A stretch of DNA of 64,000 nucleotides from Rhynchopus sp. YZ270_cl-10 (taxonomy: Eukaryota): the NCBI GenBank assembly GCA_964035575.1, contig OZ037842.1, forward strand, positions 1,426,001-1,490,000. Reading direction: 5' to 3'. Made by a program: the position numbers and the translations under genes. Shown here one piece after another: positions 49,600 to 60,342 of this stretch. The number at the start of each line of letters is the position of its first letter. The stretch's first letter is position 1. The notes below the pieces were generated by a model. The model did no database searches. It worked only from the letters and a program-made list of their open reading frames with translations, and was not told where the DNA came from.

Positions 49600-50757
49600 A
49601 TGTACGCGGTGGAGGATCTCTCTGCTGAAGACATACGCGACTTGCTGCGACGTGAACGCGTTGCCCCTGCCATTGTCGACTCTGTATGGCGCAAAGGCAT
49701 TTCTGGGGCGGCGCTGCAGGAGCTGAGCGTGTCGGAGCTGGAGGGGCTTGGGTTTGCGGCATCCTTTGCGGCACAGCTGGGGCGCATGCGTGACAGGCTG
49801 TTAAGTGACCCTGGGTGGGCACACCGGCTATCCGAGGTGCAGGCTGATGCAACACAAAAGCTTTCCGCCTTCTACCGCGGCGCAGGTGCACCAGACAAAG
49901 CAAACGGCGCAGCAAAGATCCTCTGCAGCCACGCAGACGACCCCGCTGTCCTACACAAAAAACTTCTCGCAAAATACCCCGACCAAGCGGACGACCTCGG
50001 CTTCCTCCGCTCCCTCATCAACGACCACGCACATCACGTGCAGCAGATGTCTGCCCTCACAAAACGCCTCGGAAATGTCTTTCGCGTCAGAGGGATTGAA
50101 AATGAAAGCCCACAGGAGTTGTTGCAAAGCTATTTAGACGCCCCCTGGCAGTTGTTAGACCATCTCATGCAGAAGTATTTGATACGCCCGCAGGAGCTGG
50201 TGTTTCTTTCAGAATGGAGCGCAGAGGTGGAGAGAGATGAGATCTGCACTCGCGCGCAGGTTGCTGCGATGAAGAAGCCGCTTTCTTCTTCAGGCGTACC
50301 GCCTCCGCCACCACCTGGTGCTCCTCCTGAGTGGGCAAGACGCAGTGGGAATGAGGGACCACCTGTTGGGAGCAGTGGTGGTGGTGGTGACAGTGAAACA
50401 ACACGCCTCAGGTTTGTGTTGGCGTCCTGCCGAGAAGAGCTGAGAAGGCAACGGAAGGCCTCAGCACAACTGCATGAGGAGCACCAGGCAACAGTGCGTG
50501 ACCTGCATGCAGTGAACAAAGCACGGCACGAAGACCTGGCGCACCTACACGAACTTCGTATGAAGGTCGCTTCTCTCGAACAGGTGGTCCAACACCGTGA
50601 CTCCGAGATCCTCCGTCTCGCTAAACGCGACGAAGTCAACGCCCTCCAACGTGAACTGCAACAATCCCAAGAGGCCATCATCGGATCTCATATGCGACGT
50701 ACCTCGCAAAGCCCGCAGCCAGACCATTTCAGCCCCCCACCTTACCCACATATGTAG
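49600..50757 (+). CDS. SAM-like domain plus coiled-coil protein
   Basis: LSAEDIRDLL...KGISGAALQELSVSELEGLGF (SAM-like); heptad-rich C-terminus. Confidence 0.65.
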   Translation: MYAVEDLSAEDIRDLLRRERVAPAIVDSVWRKGISGAALQELSVSELEGLGFAASFAAQLGRMRDRLLSDPGWAHRLSEVQADATQKLSAFYRGAGAPDKANGAAKILCSHADDPAVLHKKLLAKYPDQADDLGFLRSLINDHAHHVQQMSALTKRLGNVFRVRGIENESPQELLQSYLDAPWQLLDHLMQKYLIRPQELVFLSEWSAEVERDEICTRAQVAAMKKPLSSSGVPPPPPPGAPPEWARRSGNEGPPVGSSGGGGDSETTRLRFVLASCREELRRQRKASAQLHEEHQATVRDLHAVNKARHEDLAHLHELRMKVASLEQVVQHRDSEILRLAKRDEVNALQRELQQSQEAIIGSHMRRTSQSPQPDHFSPPPYPHM

Positions 50758-50897
50758 CATAGAAAAGCTTTCCCCTTTCCCCTCTTTTGCCTCAACTTCA
50801 CGGTGACTTAGACTCATCCTGTCAAATTTGTATTTATATCTAATGTTGCATTCTCCCTATCACAGAACCACCTTGGGTGGGAAATAAAGGAAAAACA

Positions 50898-53386
50898 ATG
50901 CAGGGCAGTGCGGGGAACAGCCCGGATGACACTGAAGGCAGCACGGAGCGACGTACCGCGCCGAACATTGCGCGGTTCATTGCGACAGGCGCGCAGAAGA
51001 TTGCTGCGGTGCATCGAGGCAGCGACACTGACTGCCACACACCCTCCGACCGGTCGAGACATGGCGCGATGTATCCAAGCTCGGACCCACAGATGCTGGA
51101 CAGCTCTGATATTCTTGACCCTGGATGCCAACCTATCATGCAGCACCCTGCAGACAAGATGGGACGCCTGAAGCAGGTCGAAACAAAGAACTTCTTAACA
51201 GGCGACAGCAAGGTGCTTATCCTCTACGTCTCCGGCTGTGCCGGAATGAAGCCGAACCAAGACCGCCCCGGCTACTCCTTCAGCAAAGGTTTCCTCCAAC
51301 GCCAGGTCCGTGAAACCCCAAAGCTGCACGACCCCACGATGACCCACCTCGACCGCCAGGAAGAGTTCATCACCCCAATGAGCTACTACGGGAAGCGTGT
51401 CAAGTATGATGTCAAAGAGTTGGAACCGATCATGGAGAGTGCGTCGATGGATATGCACGAATGGGTGAAGCTGGCGCATGAGATTCGTGAAAACTATGAC
51501 CGGTATGACGGCTTTGTGATCATCCATGGTGCAGACACCATTCCGTACACTGCTGCTGCGCTGTCTTTCATGATGGAGCACATCGGCAAGACCGTCATCC
51601 TAACGGGAGGTGCGATCCCACTCTGCGAGCCAAGAACAGACGCACTGAACAACCTCATCGACGCCGTCACCATCGCAGGACACTTCGTCATCCCCGAGGT
51701 CTGCGTCTACTGCCACGGCAAGCTCATGCGTGCGACCCGCACTGTGCACACCAGCGCCACATGCTTCGACATGTTTGATTCCCCCAATGCCCCCCTCCTC
51801 GGCCGTGCTGGCGTCAGCGTCGAACTCGACTGGCGTAACATCCGCCAGCCGCACACCCTCAACGCACTGCAAACACACAGCGCGTTGTGCCCGGATGTCT
51901 CAATTCTTCATCTCTTCCCAGGCATCTCAGTGTCCGCGGTGCGTGCGTTGCTGAACCCACCTGTCAAAGGGATTGTCCTCCGGTCCTTTGGGTCGGGCAA
52001 TGCACCTCTCGTGCGGCACGACATTCTGCATATGTTCAAGGCTGCGACGGACAGTGGGATTGTCATTGTGAACACAACACAGTGCACGGAAGGCGCTGTC
52101 GCTGTCGAGACAACACGAGCACTAGCATGTGTCGGTGTCGTTGCAGGCGGTGACATGACCGTCGAATGCGCTGTCGTTAAACTCTCCTACCTCCTCGGCC
52201 TCTTCCCTGAAGACCAAAGCAAGGTATGTTTCATGCAACGAACATTCTCAATAATTGATTCTCCCTTTTCAACACAGGTCTGCCAGCTAATGTGCCAGGA
52301 TATGCGGGGCGAGATCACAGTTCCGGTGGCCTCGCGATTTACAGGTATACCACACGACCCCATTATCTGAGAGCCCTCTCTTTCTCTCTCTCTTCATCCT
52401 TCCTCCAGTAGCTTACTTTACCGCCCACTTTCTTCCCCTCTCCTCTGTCCATGAGTGTCAACGAGGGACCCCACGACACCTCATTGGCATTCATCCGCAG
52501 AGGAGACGAAACTGATACCACAACTGTGGGATGCCAGAAATATTCTACTCCACTTTTTTCTATTAGATTTTTCCTCAATTCCTCAAACACTTTCAACACA
52601 TTTACCACCTCTACAGCAAGCTCCGACGAGATTCTGTCCAAGCTCAGCGGGGCCATCCAGGTCAGCAGTGAAGGTGAAGGCGAGGAGCTGCGCGACTACC
52701 TGAACAACATTGTGATGTGCAACGCAGCGCTCAACGGCGACCTTGACAGCATCAAGGTCCTCGTCGACTCCGACGCAGGCTGGCAGGTAGACGTGCAGGA
52801 CTACGACAGCCGCACACCCCTCCACATTGCTGCAGAACACGGCCACCAAGGCGTTGCCGAATTCCTCATCACCAAAGGAGCGAGGGTACATCAGAAGGAC
52901 CGAAATGGGTACACACCGTTGGTGCAATCCATTCTTTGCCACAAAGAAGACACCGCAGCGTCCATTGCGAAGGCAGGGGGGCAGCTTGGGCTTCAGGCGG
53001 AAACGTTGAGTCAACTCCTGACGCAGGCTGTGGTGAATAAGGATTTGCTCCAGGTTGCGTTGTTTACGCAGTATGGCGCGGATTTGACGGTGCCAGATCA
53101 TAACAGAATGACGCCGCTTGCAGTGGCAGTGCAGCAAGGCAATGTGGACATGGTGAAGCTCTTTCTCGAAACCGGACAGTGCGACCTCAACTCGCGTGAC
53201 TGGTGGGGCTACACTCCACTCGAAACAGCAAAAGAAGCCTCCTCACGTTCCTCGGGCTCCACCTGCTATGTATACGAAGCCATAGCAGATCTCCTAGAGA
53301 AGAGCGTCCAGGCCGACACATCCCTCTGTGCCTTCAACTCCCCTGGACACGAAATGGAGTTGACCGGCGATACAATTGAAACCTAA
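50898..53386 (+). CDS. ASPG: Asparaginase/60-kDa lysophospholipase-like protein with C-terminal ankyrin repeats, catalytic motifs altered; exons 50898-52223, 52278-52344, 52617-53386
   Basis: KVLILYVSGCAGM, YDGFVIIHGADT, KTVILTG, FDSPN, SFGSGNAP, VNTTQC, DMTVE, MRGE, then ankyrins (DYDSRTPLHIAA). Introns 52224-52277 and 52345-52616 keep frame. Confidence 0.88.
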
Positions 53387-54177
53387 AGGGGGGTTAGATT
53401 CAGCGTTCTAGATTTTTTTGTGTGGTTTTTTTCGTAGTTTTTTTGTTGGGGCCGGGGGGGGAGGATACTAAAAGGTTTGGTTAAATGGATGTAAAGTTTA
53501 CAAAAGGGGGGGAGAAATGTATTGTTGCATTTAGATTTTTGCTTGGAAGCTGGACTGTTCTGGTGTTATGCATACATCCGTCGATGAACGGTAAGCCGTT
53601 TGCACTTTCAACTTCTTTTCTAAAGATGACTAAGTACGAGAGGCTTGGGGTCATCTTATAAACTCGCCTAAGCAAGAGTGGAGCTTTATTCTTTATCAGT
53701 TTTTTTCTTTGTTGAAGTGTGTGCACACATTATGTGCATGCACACACTTCAACAAAGCCCCTGCATGTACTCCTCGTGTGCACACGATGTGTGTGCACGA
53801 TGTGTGTGCACGATGTGTGTGCACGATGTGTGTGCACGAGGGGCACATGCAATATTATATGGTGTGGCCGACAACCCCAATATAGCACAAAATAGCACAA
53901 AACAGCACCTCCCTTCAGCCGCACCATCATAACTTTCTTTGTTGATGTTGTATTTCTGAATATAATAGCAGACACGGAAATCAGAGTAGTCAAAAGATAT
54001 TGGGGGGAGGGAGACAAAAAAAAAATAATGCGCAGCAATAAACTACAGATGAACATATTGTGGGAGGGCATTGTGTATGTGCCAGCTGAGTATCATCTTG
54101 CAAAAAACTTTTCTTTTTTTTTAACGTGGTAACGACACTTTTGGGTGATCTATGATCGTCTCCGTGGGACACGTAAC

Positions 54178-54453
54178 AGGCTGTGAGAGCTTGTGAGAGC
54201 CTGTGAGACCTTGTGAGAGCTTGTGAGAGTCTGTGAGAGCCTGTGAGAGCTTGTGAGACCTTGTGAGAGCCTGTGAGACCTTGTGAGAGCTTGTGAGAGC
54301 CTGTGAGAGCTTACTGAGAGCTAGTGAGAGTTAGTGAGAGCTAGTGAGAGCTAGTGGGAGCTGTGCGAGCTTAGTGAGAGCTTGTGAGAGCTTACTGGGA
54401 GTTAGTGAGAGTTAGTGGGAGCTAGTGGGAGCTGTGAGAGCTTACTGAGAGCT
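54178..54453 (+). repeat. 10-bp minisatellite (TGTGAGAGCT variants); further blocks 55068-55302, 55652-55886, 57434-57530
   Basis: Direct reading. Confidence 0.95.
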
Positions 54454-54460
54454 GATGACC

Positions 54461-54563
54461 TACAGTATACACAGTATACACAGTATACACAGTATACACA
54501 GTATACACAGTATACACAGTATACACAGTATACACAGTATACACAGTATACACAGTATACACA
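54461..54563 (+). repeat. 9-bp tandem repeat (ACAGTATAC)n
   Basis: Direct reading. Confidence 0.95.
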
Positions 54564-54718
54564 ATACAAACGCCAGGTGGTCTGAAGAGTGATCTGACCA
54601 CATTGTCCCAGTATAATATACGCCCAATAAATCCATTGAAGAAGGAATATTTCACGTTTGACCACCACAGAATACATGTTGCCAGCCACACCACACCACT
54701 AACAAAAAACCCCTCAGA

Positions 54719-56235
54719 GGGGGTCTCTTTAGGATAAAATATGGGGGGAAAGGTCTTTTTTGGTTAATAGCGCCGAAAAAACGGCAGCGAGGTATGTGGT
54801 CATGAGGGCGAGACTGGGGAAACACAACACAAAATACTGATGAAGGTGGTGGTGAGATTTCCCCGTAACGTCCTCAACCAACCTTGCCGAAGCAAGTGGT
54901 AAGCAATAACAACAAAAGGGCACGTAGCAATAGAGAAATGGTACGCGCAAAAAAAATATATCCATAGCGAAAAAGGGGGAGGGGGAAAAGACTTTCTTAT
55001 TCGCGACATATTTTATCCTAGAGACCCCCCTGGCGTAGCAAAGCTACTTAAACAAGTTTACAGTATGTTAGTGAGAGCCTGTGAGAGCCTGTGAGAGCTT
55101 GTGAGAGCCTGTGAGAGCTTAGTGAGAGTTAGTGAGAGCTGTGAGAGCCTGTGAGACCTTGTGAGAGCCTGTGAGAGCTTGTGAGAGCTTGTGAGAGCTT
55201 GTGAGAGCTTGTGAGAGCTTGTGAGAGCTTGTGAGAGCTTGTGAGAGCTTGTGAGAGCTTGTGAGAGCTTGTGAGAGCTTGTGAGAGCTTGTGAGAGCTT
55301 GTGGGGGTCTCTTTAGGATAAAATATGGGGGGAAAGGTCTTTTTTGGTTAATAGCGCCGAAAAAACGGCAGCGAGGTATGTGGTCATGAGGGCGAGACTG
55401 GGGAAACACAACACAAAATACTGATGAAGGTGGTGGTGAGATTTCCCCGTAACGTCCTCAACCAACCTTGCCGAAGCAAGTGGTAAGCAATAACAACAAA
55501 AGGGCACGTAGCAATAGAGAAATGGTACGCGCAAAAAAAATATATCCATAGCGAAAAAGGGGGAGGGGGAAAAGACTTTCTTATTCGCGACATATTTTAT
55601 CCTAGAGACCCCCCTGGCGTAGCAAAGCTACTTAAACAAGTTTACAGTATGTTAGTGAGAGCCTGTGAGAGCCTGTGAGAGCTTGTGAGAGCCTGTGAGA
55701 GCTTAGTGAGAGTTAGTGAGAGCTGTGAGAGCCTGTGAGACCTTGTGAGAGCCTGTGAGAGCTTGTGAGAGCTTGTGAGAGCTTGTGAGAGCTTGTGAGA
55801 GCTTGTGAGAGCTTGTGAGAGCTTGTGAGAGCTTGTGAGAGCTTGTGAGAGCTTGTGAGAGCTTGTGAGAGCTTGTGAGAGCTTGTGGGGGTCTCTTTAG
55901 GATAAAATATGGGGGGAAAGGTCTTTTTTGGTTAATAGCGCCGAAAAAACGGCAGCGAGGTATGTGGTCATGAGGGCGAGACTGGGGAAACACAACACAA
56001 AATACTGATGAAGGTGGTGGTGAGATTTCCCCGTAACGTCCTCAACCAACCTTGCCGAAGCAAGTGGTAAGCAATAACAACAAAAGGGCACGTAGCAATA
56101 GAGAAATGGTACGCGCAAAAAAAATATATCCATAGCGAAAAAGGGGGAGGGGGAAAAGACTTTCTTATTCGCGACATATTTTATCCTAGAGACCCCCCTG
56201 GCGTAGCAAAGCTACTTAAACAAGTTTACAGTATG
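54719..56235 (-). repeat. Three 349-bp A+B units at 584-bp period separated by satellite
   Basis: gggggtctctttagg...tttacagtatg at 54719-55067, 55303-55651 and 55887-56235. Confidence 0.95.
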
Positions 56236-57280
56236 GGGGTCTCTTTAGGATAAAATATGGGGGGAAAGGTCTTTTTTGGTTAATAGCGCCGAAAAAACGG
56301 CAGCGAGGTATGTGGTCATGAGGGCGAGACTGGGGAAACACCCGTCGCTCGTGCCCTGACCTGTGCCCAACTTTGACGCCACACTGAGGTAGCGTTCTCC
56401 ACGTGAGAAGCATAATCTCCAATACTGTCTCATGACAGAAAACAACTCCGAACACAAAAAATATGGCACGAAAAAACGTAACGTAGGTAAAAAACAGCCC
56501 CACGCGAAACACACGCACGAAACATCAAAAACAACAACCTTGACTCGACCATTCGCACTCCGACGACCAGAAAAAACAAAGCCACACCCTAGAAAATAGA
56601 AAAAACATCTACTGCAGGACATCGTCAGACACTCTCATCCCCGACGCCTCCTCCACGACGTGACCAAACCTGTTGGGACTCAAACTCACGCCCTGACCTG
56701 CCAGCTTCTGTCGGGACCCCCAGTCGGCGGGCATCTCGTCGGTCTTAATCCACCTGATGTGAAGGTGTGCCTTCGCTGCGGAGAGTCGCGTGCTCATCCT
56801 CCTCAGAATGGAGTTGCCCAGGCGGGTGCGGGAGTGGCCTCTCCTGAGGACATACTTCACCGCCTCGTTGTCCACGAAAAGAACGATAGCTGTGTGGCCG
56901 CCCTCCAAAGCTGCTGCCATGCCCTTCTCAGCCGCACGCAGCTCCAACACAAACATCTCTCCAGAGGTGTGCGTCGATTCCCACCGTCCGTGCCTTTCGA
57001 CGCCAGAAAAAGAGTTCTGCAGCTTCGACACCCAGCCCCAGCCTGTCGTGGACGCGTCGGTCCATACTTCCACCATTTTCGTAGGGAACAGGTCTCCAGC
57101 TTCAGGGTGTCATGAATGATGAGTGATGAGTGGTCATGAGGGCGAGACTGGGGAAACACAACACAAAATACTGATGAAGGTGGTGGTGAGATTTCCCCGT
57201 AACGTCCTCAACCAACCTTGCCGAAGCAAGTGGTAAGCAATAACAACAAAAGGGCACGTAGCAATAGAGAAATGGTACGC

Positions 57281-57327
<47 letters not shown>

Positions 57328-57433
57328 CCATAGCGAAAAAGGGGGAGGGGGAAAAGACTTTCTTATTCGCGACATATTTTATCCTAGAGACCCCCCTGGC
57401 GTAGCAAAGCTACTTAAACAAGTTTACAGTATG
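55887..57433 (-). mobile_element. Internally deleted tyrosine-recombinase-type retrotransposon with split direct repeats (Ngaro/VIPER/TATE-like)
   Basis: On minus: A1 (57433-57130), internal region with RNase H, B1 (56341-56235), A2B2 (56235-55887). Confidence 0.8.
56609..57076 (-). CDS. RNase H domain of DIRS/YR-retrotransposon type (fragment of pol)
   Basis: WTDASTTGWG, FVLELRA, LFVDNEAV, WIKTDEMPADWGSR give an intact D-E-D-D set. Confidence 0.85.
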   Translation of the reverse strand: MVEVWTDASTTGWGWVSKLQNSFSGVERHGRWESTHTSGEMFVLELRAAEKGMAAALEGGHTAIVLFVDNEAVKYVLRRGHSRTRLGNSILRRMSTRLSAAKAHLHIRWIKTDEMPADWGSRQKLAGQGVSLSPNRFGHVVEEASGMRVSDDVLQ

Positions 57434-57921
57434 AGAGTCTGTGAGAGCCTGTGAGAGCTTGTGAGAGCCTGTGAGACCTTGTGAGAGCTTGTGAGAGTCT
57501 GTGAGAGCCTGTGAGCTTACTGAGAGCTAGTAAAAAAATCTCTCCCCGTTCACAGATCACCCAACTTTTAACACAAAAAAAACAAAAAACAAAAATGAAA
57601 CAGCGGGCCTACTAATGCCTGCACGCAATCATACTGGCATTGACTGTCTTCTTTGTTCAGATTGAAAGCGTACGGGTTTTAACTCCATGGCGATTCTTAT
57701 TAACACTCCAAGTGCACACACTCCGGGGGCTTGACAACCCACGGAACGTCAGTGCCTGCGTCCCAGAGACGTTTGCACTAACTTCACCTTCTTTTTGGCC
57801 ACTTTTCAACCCTCTCTGTGACACCCTTTTCTCTGACCCCTCCACATAAGTTAAGGGCTTCTATTCGTTTTGCCACCTAACCCGCACACTATTATACAAA
57901 CAATGCGAAAAAATCCCCCCC

Positions 57922-57949
57922 TTTGATCCTTCGATGTCAGCTCTTCCTA
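57922..57949 (+). pseudogene. Short LSU (28S) rRNA-like fragment
   Basis: tttgatccttcgatgtcagctcttccta versus conserved LSU TTTGATCCTTCGATGTCGGCTCTTCCTA (one mismatch); no flanking rRNA similarity seen. Confidence 0.55.
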
Positions 57950-58170
57950 GCCTGTCATGTCTAAAGACATACGTGAAATATTTAAATGTCCCTTAGTCCG
58001 ATCGAGATTGGGGCAGATATGGTAGCATCAGGACAAAACAATTTCGCGCGCAACCTGACCTGATCTTAGTACAGACCTACACACCTCCCAGCCTCCTCCT
58101 CCCATATCATTTTTTTTTCTTTTAACTTCCATTTCATCTTTCTCATCCCTTGTTTTTATTTCCCGCTCCA

Positions 58171-60342
58171 ATGAAACGTACAGAGTTGGTCCCTCTTAAG
58201 CACACTGCGTCCTCAACAAACGCAAAGCAGACCAAACTGAAGCTTCCTAGCGTTCCTACGGGACAGAGCTCGATGCTGTGCCGGAAGGATATATTATGCT
58301 TTTATGACACCTGGCCTGCTAAAGGGGGGGCGACAAACGAGACGCGCCCGAGCCTCTTAAACTTTGCGGAAGAGCTTCTGTCACGTGGTTTAGGTTACGT
58401 TGCACGGCGGTACCCTGATTGGGAAGGGCGAAGTCTCTACTCCAATCCATTCGAAACGTTCAACGAAGATGATCTCAAGGCCGAAGAAGCAATCCGAGAG
58501 TCGCATAAAAATTCCTCAGATATCGCCGCGCTTTCATTCAGAATGGATCGAGCGAAAACCTTTACGGGGTCGTTATGCACTTTGGCATCAGGATTCAAAA
58601 CGTATCGCCCCTTTTTGATGTGGTGTGCACAAGAGATTGCGGTGTATAATGATTATTTGATTGGAGTGATTGAAAGCATGGCGAAGAAGGTGAAGGATAT
58701 TGATATGCTGTGTGGTGAAGCGGGGAGGAGAGAGGGGGAAGCTGCGAAGGAGACGGAGCGGAGGGTGGGTGAGATAGAGAAGATGATGTTCGAAACGCAG
58801 AAGAGATTTGAGGAGAAGGAGATGGAGGTGCAAAGGGAGAAAACGGCAAATGCTCGGTTACATGATGAGGTATTAAACATGAAGATTGATATGGACGAAG
58901 CCTCTCACACCAACGCCGTGCTCCTACAACGAATTCGGAAGCTAGAAAAAAAGCTGTCCGACCCTTCGATCGTTGCCGCGCAAGAAACGGTGGTGGTCTT
59001 AACAGATCGATTAGAATCTGAAACACAAAACGTTCACAGCCTCCGTCACGCTGTAATAGAAGCAAACGAAGAAGCGAACGACCTCCGCAAAAAGTTTAAC
59101 GAATTCGAAAAGAACTACCCCATCGAAACGCACCCACGGTATCTCAAAATGGTTGAGGAGGCGAAGTCGCTCCGGGAGGTACTTTCGCAATTCCGAGGTG
59201 GTCAAGTCACTCCACGTCCTCGATGGGAATCAATGCCAGGGCACATCGCAGACTACCAAGGATCTACCACAGATACCTGCGAAAAAATGGTCACCGAAAT
59301 CATTCGATGCAAGCTTGTTATCGAAAAATCAAAGCGTGTCTTCTCCTCTCTCACGCGCCTCCGCTGCAGCCCAACTCAAAAATGGATGGCAGGTCTAGGA
59401 ACTGAAGGTGTCCCCATCTTCCTTCAAGCAGACGGACGCATCGAAAATACACAAATCCCGAAGAGACAGGCAGAGTTTATGATTCGCGAGATTTGGAGAG
59501 AACGTCTGTTTGACTGGAAAAGCTCTGGCGGACACCCCTCTACAAATCTTGCAGAATTCTACATCGAACACCTGAAAAAACGCTATCCAAGAGACTATAT
59601 GCAGGTTAGTTACAACTTCCTAGCTACTCTTCAACTTCATTATGCCGATCCTGATTGTTGTACATTTTTGAAATGTCTTTTCGATGAAGTTTCCGAAGGG
59701 GTAGTTAAACTGCAAGAACATGCCGTGAAGAGTCTCAAAAAGTGTATCAATGATGCTGCTGCTATTGATGGCAATGTTGATAAAATAACGTTGCGTGATG
59801 TGGTGTTGGATGCTTGTGGAGATGATGTGGTGAAAGGGTTGGATGAAGATTTATCGAAGGTAGAAGGGGCTCAAATTGCGTGGGTAGATCTGTTCAAAAA
59901 CGACCATGAATTGAACGAGTCATGCCTGGTAGAATCTGTACGAAAACAATGCATTCTCGAGCGAGATGATTTCATCGGCCACGCTGAAGATAAAGTTCTT
60001 GAATTAGACAAAGTACTTCTCAGCAGACGTGAGGCAGTGAAAGCGCTTCAGGCTGCAGACTCCTACCTCTCTGTCGCAGACGCAACAGCATTTGTCTCCG
60101 ACGCCTTCACCATGACCCACGCAATGCCTGCACTGCAATTCATCCAATTCCTCCGAAAATCTCATCAAAAAGCCGAACACATGACTCTCCTAGGCGAACG
60201 AACTCTCAAAGCTGCAGAACAAGAAGGAGAAACGGGGGGAGAGGGAGGAGGAGGAGGAGGAGGTGAAGAAGAAGGAGAAAGAGAAGGAAGCAAACCAGCA
60301 GAAGCGGGCGTAGAAGAGCAGAAAGCTGCTGCGGAGAGCTGA
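58171..60342 (+). CDS. TSNAXIP1: Translin-associated factor X-interacting protein 1-like
   Basis: FKTYRPFL, long coiled coil, TPRPRW, GLGT..VPIFL...G.IEN, IREIWRER, SYNFL..L..HYADPDC.TFLKCL..EV.E. Confidence 0.7.
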   Translation: MKRTELVPLKHTASSTNAKQTKLKLPSVPTGQSSMLCRKDILCFYDTWPAKGGATNETRPSLLNFAEELLSRGLGYVARRYPDWEGRSLYSNPFETFNEDDLKAEEAIRESHKNSSDIAALSFRMDRAKTFTGSLCTLASGFKTYRPFLMWCAQEIAVYNDYLIGVIESMAKKVKDIDMLCGEAGRREGEAAKETERRVGEIEKMMFETQKRFEEKEMEVQREKTANARLHDEVLNMKIDMDEASHTNAVLLQRIRKLEKKLSDPSIVAAQETVVVLTDRLESETQNVHSLRHAVIEANEEANDLRKKFNEFEKNYPIETHPRYLKMVEEAKSLREVLSQFRGGQVTPRPRWESMPGHIADYQGSTTDTCEKMVTEIIRCKLVIEKSKRVFSSLTRLRCSPTQKWMAGLGTEGVPIFLQADGRIENTQIPKRQAEFMIREIWRERLFDWKSSGGHPSTNLAEFYIEHLKKRYPRDYMQVSYNFLATLQLHYADPDCCTFLKCLFDEVSEGVVKLQEHAVKSLKKCINDAAAIDGNVDKITLRDVVLDACGDDVVKGLDEDLSKVEGAQIAWVDLFKNDHELNESCLVESVRKQCILERDDFIGHAEDKVLELDKVLLSRREAVKALQAADSYLSVADATAFVSDAFTMTHAMPALQFIQFLRKSHQKAEHMTLLGERTLKAAEQEGETGGEGGGGGGGEEEGEREGSKPAEAGVEEQKAAAES

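Larger units (their letters stand above)
54143..57562. mobile_element. TIR-bounded element carrying satellites and a nested retroelement
   Basis: gggtgatctatgatcg (54143) vs cgttcacagatcaccc (to 57562); flanks cactttt / aactttt (imperfect 7-bp duplication). Confidence 0.55.

Noticed and set aside
53707..53840. Hairpin followed by 12-bp GTGTGCACGATG repeats
   Set aside because: Simple-repeat derived; no TSD or second copy seen.
54178..56235. CRISPR-like repeat-spacer appearance
   Set aside because: Repeats are 349 bp, spacers are near-identical satellite, no cas genes, eukaryotic context.
54178..57530. Telomeric repeat
   Set aside because: Interstitial, degenerate 10/11-mer, not TTAGGG, with genes on both sides.
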